A stretch of DNA of 63,728 nucleotides, the filler included, from an uncultured bacterium (GTDB lineage: Bacteria; Latescibacterota; UBA2968), in assembly GCA_964471275.1 (NCBI GenBank). It is 6 parts of 6 records of this genome, joined end to end, with 100 filler letters (N's around TTAATTAATTAA, not from the genome) between each part and the next. Parts side by side here need not be neighbours in the genome. Positions count along the whole stretch, not along the records: positions 53,560 to 63,728 come from CAYYGZ010000171.1; 5 more parts are not named here. One strand, given 5' to 3'. Below, piece after piece: positions 58,913 to 63,728 of the stretch. Position 1 is the first letter of the stretch. Every line of letters begins with the position of its first letter. The notes below the pieces were generated by a model. The model ran no database searches. It was not told the origin of the DNA and saw nothing but the letters and a program-made list of their open reading frames with translations. The position numbers were made by a program, and so were the translations under genes.

Positions 58913-61900
58913 ATGAACGCTGAGAAGCGAGGTTTCGTCGACTTCGTCTATAACGTCGACAAGATGAACATCGTTTTTGCGCTGTCGAGCGTCGCACTGG
59001 CAATTTCCGTTGTGTGGATGATCTGGGCGGATTACGATCGTGAGTGGAAGCACTTCCAGCGGGAAGCGATGCGACTCGATCGATACAAGACCGAGGTTGA
59101 ATTGATCGCCGCAAACGAGGCAGTCGACAAGGACGAGCTCTCCGCGGTGGAGGCGGGCGAAAAGGTTGTCGATGTGGAAATCCAATCCCGCGCTGCCGAG
59201 CATCTGGCGGTTCTGGACGAATTGGAAGTCATCCGGGGACAGTACTATATCGCGGACCAGAATCTGAAGTTTGAGAAGGCCGAGTATGACGTCATAAAGT
59301 TCCAGTTCGAGGAGGCCCGGCACTCGAACCACCAGGAAGAGGCTGCGGAGAAGCGGAAGACTCTGGACGAGATGGAAGCGCGGATGGCTGACTTCCGCCT
59401 GGCAAAGGAAGAAGTCGAAGCACGACAGTTGGCTGCCAAGGGGCGACTGGTAGCCATTGAGGGCAAACGGAACGAACTAGAGGTGGCGAAGGCCGCCCTT
59501 CTGAAAGAGACTGTTCTGCTTGAACGTCGACTGAGGGGTCTTCTGCCAACGTTTGAGAACGAGTTCCGGAACATGCCGATGTTGGACTTCATCTCTCCGA
59601 CCGTGAAGATCCGGCAGGTTGTGCTCGGGAATCTTAAGAACGACATCAACTTTACGACCGTACCCAAGGTCGATCGATGCAACACCTGTCACGTGAACAT
59701 CGACAAGGCAGGTTACGAGATCGACTGGGAGTCGGCGACATTTGAGAACGATGATCTGGCCAAATACATGGCCGATACCTATGAGGTGGATGAGCGGATT
59801 GGGATGACGAAGGTTCTGGCGTCCCATCCAGATCTCGACCTGTACATGACGAGTGGCTCGGCACACCCGATCGATGTGACCGGATGTACGAGTTGCCACG
59901 TTGGTCGTGATCGGGGCGTGACATTCGTGAACGCGGCGCACACGCCGAGTGATGCGGAGGAGCGGGCACGCTGGGAGAAGCTCTACCACTACCACGAGAT
60001 GCACCATTGGGACTACCCGATGTATCCCACACGGTATGTGGAGCAGTCCTGCTCCTCGTGCCACGAGGGTGTCGTGGACGTGCCCAAGGCCGATCGCCTC
60101 AATCGGGGCATCCACCTTCTCAAGACGCTCGGCTGCGCCGGTTGCCATAAGATCCAGGGATACACGGATTTGCGGATGGTCGGTCCCGACCTGAGCAACA
60201 TTTCGTCCAAGCTCGGTCGTGACTGGCTGGAGAAGTGGATCCGCGATCCCCGTGGATTCCGCCCAACGACGAAGATGCCGAAGCTTTTCGACCTGCCAAA
60301 CATCGAATCGCCCGAAGATCACGCCATCAGCACCGCCGCGATCCACGGTATCACAGAATATCTACTGGCGCATTCCGAAAATCCGGATTATGGCGACTTG
60401 CCCGTCGCAGGCGACGCTACACGTGGCCAATCCCTGGTCGAACAAACCGGATGCAAAGCGTGTCACGTGGTGGGCGAAGGAGATGATCTCGGGCAGGAAT
60501 ACGGCCCGAGGAACTTCGGTCCGAGCTTGGATGATGTTGGGAGCAAGCTATCCGCGAACTGGTTGTATGCCTGGGTGAAAAACCCGGATCAGTATTTCCC
60601 GGAAACGCTGATGCCGGATATGCGGCTGACGGACCAGGAAGCCGCCGACATCACTGCGTATTTGATGACACGTCGGAACACCGATTTCGAGACGCGACGC
60701 CCGGCCTCGGCAGACGGCAAAGTCCGGGATGGTCTTGTCCTCGATTTCCTGAAGGCGCGTATGCCTGTTCTGGCCGCGCAGGATAGTCTGAGCCGGATGA
60801 CGGACCGAGCCAAGGACTTATACGTGGGCGAGCGCATGATCCTCAGGCAGGGCTGTTTTGGGTGCCACACGATTCCGGGCTTCGAGGATGCAACCCCCAT
60901 CGGGACCGAACTGACGCTCGAGGGCAGCAAGTCCGTTGGGAAGCTCGATTTTGCGCTCAACCCGACTCACATACCGCACACACGTCACGACTGGTTCTTC
61001 ACGAAGCTCAAGCAGCCTCGTGTGTTCGATGAAGGCAAGGTCAAGGAACTCGCCGACAAGCTCAGGATGCCAAACTTCGGGCTTTCGGATGACGATACCC
61101 ATTCGCTGACTCTGGCCTTGCTGAGTTTGTCCAAGACCTTCATCGAACCGGCCGGCAAGCGGCAGCTTTCGCCTGCAGAGATCGAGATCGAAAAGGGCCG
61201 ACGACACATCTACGAGCGGAACTGCCGGGGCTGTCACGTCGTTGAAGAAGATGGCGGCGCGATTCGGGACGAGATGGTCCGGAGTTACGTCGTGGGTGGT
61301 CTTGACGAAGCCGGGGCCGTCGGATATATACCGCCATCTTTGAATGGCGAGGGCAAGAAGGTCAAGCCGGACTGGCTGTTCGGCTTCCTGAAGGACGTGA
61401 CACCCATCCGTCCTTGGCTGGATGTCAGAATGCCCGGCTTCGGGTTTTCGGACCTTGAGGGGATCGATGTAACAACCTATTTTGCGCGTCTGGATCAACA
61501 GCAGTTCCCGTATCAGACTGTCGTGGAGAAGCGTCTCGACGCCGGAGGAATCGGAGCCGGCGAGCAGTTGTTCAGCGCAGACATCTACAACTGCTGGACC
61601 TGTCACCAGCAAGGCAGCATCAAACCGAAGGGCGATCCTGCGAGCTACGCACCTGATCTCAAGATGGCACGGGAGCGTTTGAAGGCAGATTGGATGGACG
61701 AGTGGCTGTGGGATCCACAGCAGATTGCCCCGGGAACGAAAATGCCCACGTTCTTCGGGGAGGAGTTAACCTACCTCCCTGACGGCATGGCGAAGTACTT
61801 GCCACCCGCGGAGGGGACGACACCTGAATATGGCGTGATGCAGGCCAACACGGATAGCGTGATCCAGACAATCAACGATTACGTCATCTACGGGCTACAC

Positions 61901-61927
61901 CAGAACGTCAAGATCAATCAGCAATAA
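58913..61927 (+). CDS. Membrane-anchored multiheme (8 CxxCH) cytochrome c
   Basis: N-terminal TM and coiled coil, then CNTCH, CTSCH, CSSCH, CAGCH, CKACH, CFGCH, CRGCH and CWTCH. Confidence 0.9.
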   Translation: MNAEKRGFVDFVYNVDKMNIVFALSSVALAISVVWMIWADYDREWKHFQREAMRLDRYKTEVELIAANEAVDKDELSAVEAGEKVVDVEIQSRAAEHLAVLDELEVIRGQYYIADQNLKFEKAEYDVIKFQFEEARHSNHQEEAAEKRKTLDEMEARMADFRLAKEEVEARQLAAKGRLVAIEGKRNELEVAKAALLKETVLLERRLRGLLPTFENEFRNMPMLDFISPTVKIRQVVLGNLKNDINFTTVPKVDRCNTCHVNIDKAGYEIDWESATFENDDLAKYMADTYEVDERIGMTKVLASHPDLDLYMTSGSAHPIDVTGCTSCHVGRDRGVTFVNAAHTPSDAEERARWEKLYHYHEMHHWDYPMYPTRYVEQSCSSCHEGVVDVPKADRLNRGIHLLKTLGCAGCHKIQGYTDLRMVGPDLSNISSKLGRDWLEKWIRDPRGFRPTTKMPKLFDLPNIESPEDHAISTAAIHGITEYLLAHSENPDYGDLPVAGDATRGQSLVEQTGCKACHVVGEGDDLGQEYGPRNFGPSLDDVGSKLSANWLYAWVKNPDQYFPETLMPDMRLTDQEAADITAYLMTRRNTDFETRRPASADGKVRDGLVLDFLKARMPVLAAQDSLSRMTDRAKDLYVGERMILRQGCFGCHTIPGFEDATPIGTELTLEGSKSVGKLDFALNPTHIPHTRHDWFFTKLKQPRVFDEGKVKELADKLRMPNFGLSDDDTHSLTLALLSLSKTFIEPAGKRQLSPAEIEIEKGRRHIYERNCRGCHVVEEDGGAIRDEMVRSYVVGGLDEAGAVGYIPPSLNGEGKKVKPDWLFGFLKDVTPIRPWLDVRMPGFGFSDLEGIDVTTYFARLDQQQFPYQTVVEKRLDAGGIGAGEQLFSADIYNCWTCHQQGSIKPKGDPASYAPDLKMARERLKADWMDEWLWDPQQIAPGTKMPTFFGEELTYLPDGMAKYLPPAEGTTPEYGVMQANTDSVIQTINDYVIYGLHQNVKINQQ

Positions 61928-62029
61928 CAAGGATGGTCGTGCTGCATCCACCCAAAGACGGGTGGAGTTGGGCACCGACCGGGAGAACCAGCGGCGTGAC
62001 GATTCGTCGTTACTTGAAGGAGAAGTAAG

Positions 62030-62743
62030 ATGATGCGCAAAGGTATGGTGGTGTTGGCGGCAGCCCTGATCGCCTCAGGCTCAGCATATGCCGGTGGGGA
62101 CGTGTCAGGCAAGGTGGCCTGGGAAGGGAAGGCTCCGGGGCGCAAGACACTGAAGATGCAGGCCGATCCGGTTTGTGCCTCTAAGTACACGGACAAGGTT
62201 CTCAGTAACAAGGTGCTGGTCGAGAATGGATCGTTGGCGAATGTTTTTGTGTATGTGAGCAAGGGGCTCGAGGGTAAGTCCTTCGACGTGCCGACAGAAC
62301 CCGCCGTCCTTGACCAGAAGGGCTGTCTGTATACGCCCAAGGTGATGGGTGTGATGGCAGGTCAGAAGATCAAAGTCCTGAACAACGACGGCACGCTCCA
62401 CAATGTTCATCCGAAGCCGAAGGTGAACAAGGAGTTCAACCTCGCCATGCCCAAGTTTCTGAAGGTGAAGGAGATTTCACTGGATAAGCCGGAAGTCATG
62501 ATACCGGTGAAGTGTGATGTGCATCCGTGGATGTCCGGTCACATCGGCGTAACCTCGCACCCGTTCTTTGGTGTCAGCGACGATTCCGGCGCCTTCACGC
62601 TTTCGGGTGTCCCTGCAGGCTCCTACACGGTGACGGCCTGGCACGAAGTTTTTGGCACCAAATCGGTGGAGGTGACCGTGGCCGACGGGGCCGCGGCGAC
62701 GGCAGATTTCTCATACAGCATTGCGGACGTAAAGAAGAACTAA
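62030..62743 (+). CDS. Secreted cupredoxin-like / carboxypeptidase-regulatory-domain protein
   Basis: Signal peptide; DQKGC-Y-P, LHNVH, CDVHPWM and PAGSYTVTAWHE. Confidence 0.75.
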   Translation: MMRKGMVVLAAALIASGSAYAGGDVSGKVAWEGKAPGRKTLKMQADPVCASKYTDKVLSNKVLVENGSLANVFVYVSKGLEGKSFDVPTEPAVLDQKGCLYTPKVMGVMAGQKIKVLNNDGTLHNVHPKPKVNKEFNLAMPKFLKVKEISLDKPEVMIPVKCDVHPWMSGHIGVTSHPFFGVSDDSGAFTLSGVPAGSYTVTAWHEVFGTKSVEVTVADGAAATADFSYSIADVKKN

Positions 62744-62822
62744 GACAAGGATAGTCGAACCGCCGGCGAGTCCGGCGGCTCGGTGATTTCTCATTGCAGG
62801 AGCTTACCTGGGAGGGGCTCGT

Positions 62823-63590
62823 ATGCAGGAAGACATTTACGGCTACTGGTTGCCGCTAAATGTCTCGACTCACGGTGAAGCAGTCGACCAGCTGATAAAC
62901 GTTTTACACGTTTTCATGCTGCTGCTCTTCGTTGGTTGGGGCATCTTTTTTGTGTACTGCCTGATCCGTTTCCGGCAGGGGGCCAGCCCGACGGCCCGCT
63001 ACGAGCCGATCAAGGGTAAGGCCTCGAAGTATCTGGAGGTCTTTGTTGTGGTCTTCGAGGCATTCCTCCTGGTTGGCCTTTCTATGCCTGTCTGGTCGGA
63101 CTTTCGAACCGAACTGCCATCCGAGTCCAAAGCCCTGACGGTCGAGGTGACGGCCGAGCAGTTTGCGTGGGGTGTGCACTATCCGGGCGCTGACGGGGTC
63201 TTTGGTCGGAAGTCGTTCGAGTTCGTCACGCCGGAGAATCTCCTTGGTCTGGACCCGAATGACCCGAACGGGAAGGACGACTTCAACTCGATCAACAATC
63301 TGCACGTTCCAGTCGGTAAGCCGGTCCTGATCAAGCTGACCTCCAAGGACATGATCCACAGCTTCAAAGTGCCCGTTCTTCGGTTGACACAGGATGCGAT
63401 CCCCGGACAGGAGATACCGTTCTGGTTCAATACGACGAGAACAGGTGTCTACGATATCGCCTGCGCACAACTCTGTGGGCTCGGGCATTTCCGGATGCGC
63501 GGTCAACTCCACATACAGACGCAAGCCGACTTCGATGCCTGGCTCGTTGAGCAGCAGGTCGAAGAGAGTGATGAAGAGTTTTCGTTCTAA
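62823..63590 (+). CDS. coxB: Cytochrome c oxidase subunit II
   Basis: Two TM; QFAW, DMIHSF, DAIPG and CAQLCGLGHFRM CuA site. Confidence 0.93.
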   Translation: MQEDIYGYWLPLNVSTHGEAVDQLINVLHVFMLLLFVGWGIFFVYCLIRFRQGASPTARYEPIKGKASKYLEVFVVVFEAFLLVGLSMPVWSDFRTELPSESKALTVEVTAEQFAWGVHYPGADGVFGRKSFEFVTPENLLGLDPNDPNGKDDFNSINNLHVPVGKPVLIKLTSKDMIHSFKVPVLRLTQDAIPGQEIPFWFNTTRTGVYDIACAQLCGLGHFRMRGQLHIQTQADFDAWLVEQQVEESDEEFSF

Positions 63591-63602
63591 GGAGCCCTGA
63601 AG

Positions 63603-63728
63603 ATGAGTGTCGCACACGAGCATAATGACGATCACGGGCACGGTCACCACGAGGAGCTTTCGTTCTGGCGGAATTACGTCTTTTCGATCGATCATAAGGT
63701 GATCGGTATCCAGTATGCCGTGACGTCC
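63603..63728 (+). CDS. coxA: Cytochrome c oxidase subunit I (5' fragment)
   Basis: Hand translation MSVAHEHNDDHGHGHHEELSFWRNYVFSIDHKVIGIQY, containing the S-DHK-IG motif; directly after coxB. Confidence 0.85.
   Translation, partial: MSVAHEHNDDHGHGHHEELSFWRNYVFSIDHKVIGIQYAVTS

Noticed and set aside
1..63728. CRISPR arrays, rRNA/tRNA genes, transposases, integrases, phage or defence genes
   Set aside because: None recognised by eye; a dedicated scan could still find small elements.

Overview
The window is a pseudo-scaffold of six unrelated ~10-11 kb contigs. They are joined by 100-nt N-TTAATTAATTAA-N linkers and ordered by decreasing length, as expected for a metagenome-assembled or draft genome. 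Gene content (DUF6785-type membrane protein, M28-FtsX-type fusion, PorV-like barrel, many sugar-catabolic enzymes) suggests a GC-rich diderm such as Candidatus Latescibacterota; this is inference only. Contig 1: sufE, hemB, M23 peptidase, cysS, yidD, a CobW GTPase, a structured intergenic region, and a catabolic operon interrupted by a four-helix-bundle pseudogene. Contig 2: a tungsten aldehyde:ferredoxin oxidoreductase module (AOR, MoaD, DUF1952-like protein, AbrB-fused radical SAM/SPASM). Contig 3: a catabolic operon, rnd, a GalU-like/glucuronokinase-like pair, fliL, trxA and holA. Contig 4: a CsoR/InrS-type regulator with its operator, an MFS transporter, a beta-helix/diheme cytochrome pair and an RND pump. 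Contig 5: era, PorV-like barrel, an L,D-transpeptidase/lipoprotein cluster, Wzi and a frameshifted M28-permease fusion. Contig 6: a b6f-like Rieske/cytochrome b complex with an octaheme cytochrome c, followed by cytochrome c oxidase. The most striking signal is a 26-residue N-terminal peptide (DLSQFDxIxDRxxRAKAKSxAxRxAK) shared by the Rieske protein and a divergently encoded 2x[4Fe-4S] ferredoxin. It suggests a cytoplasmic docking or tag module that couples a ferredoxin to the complex.
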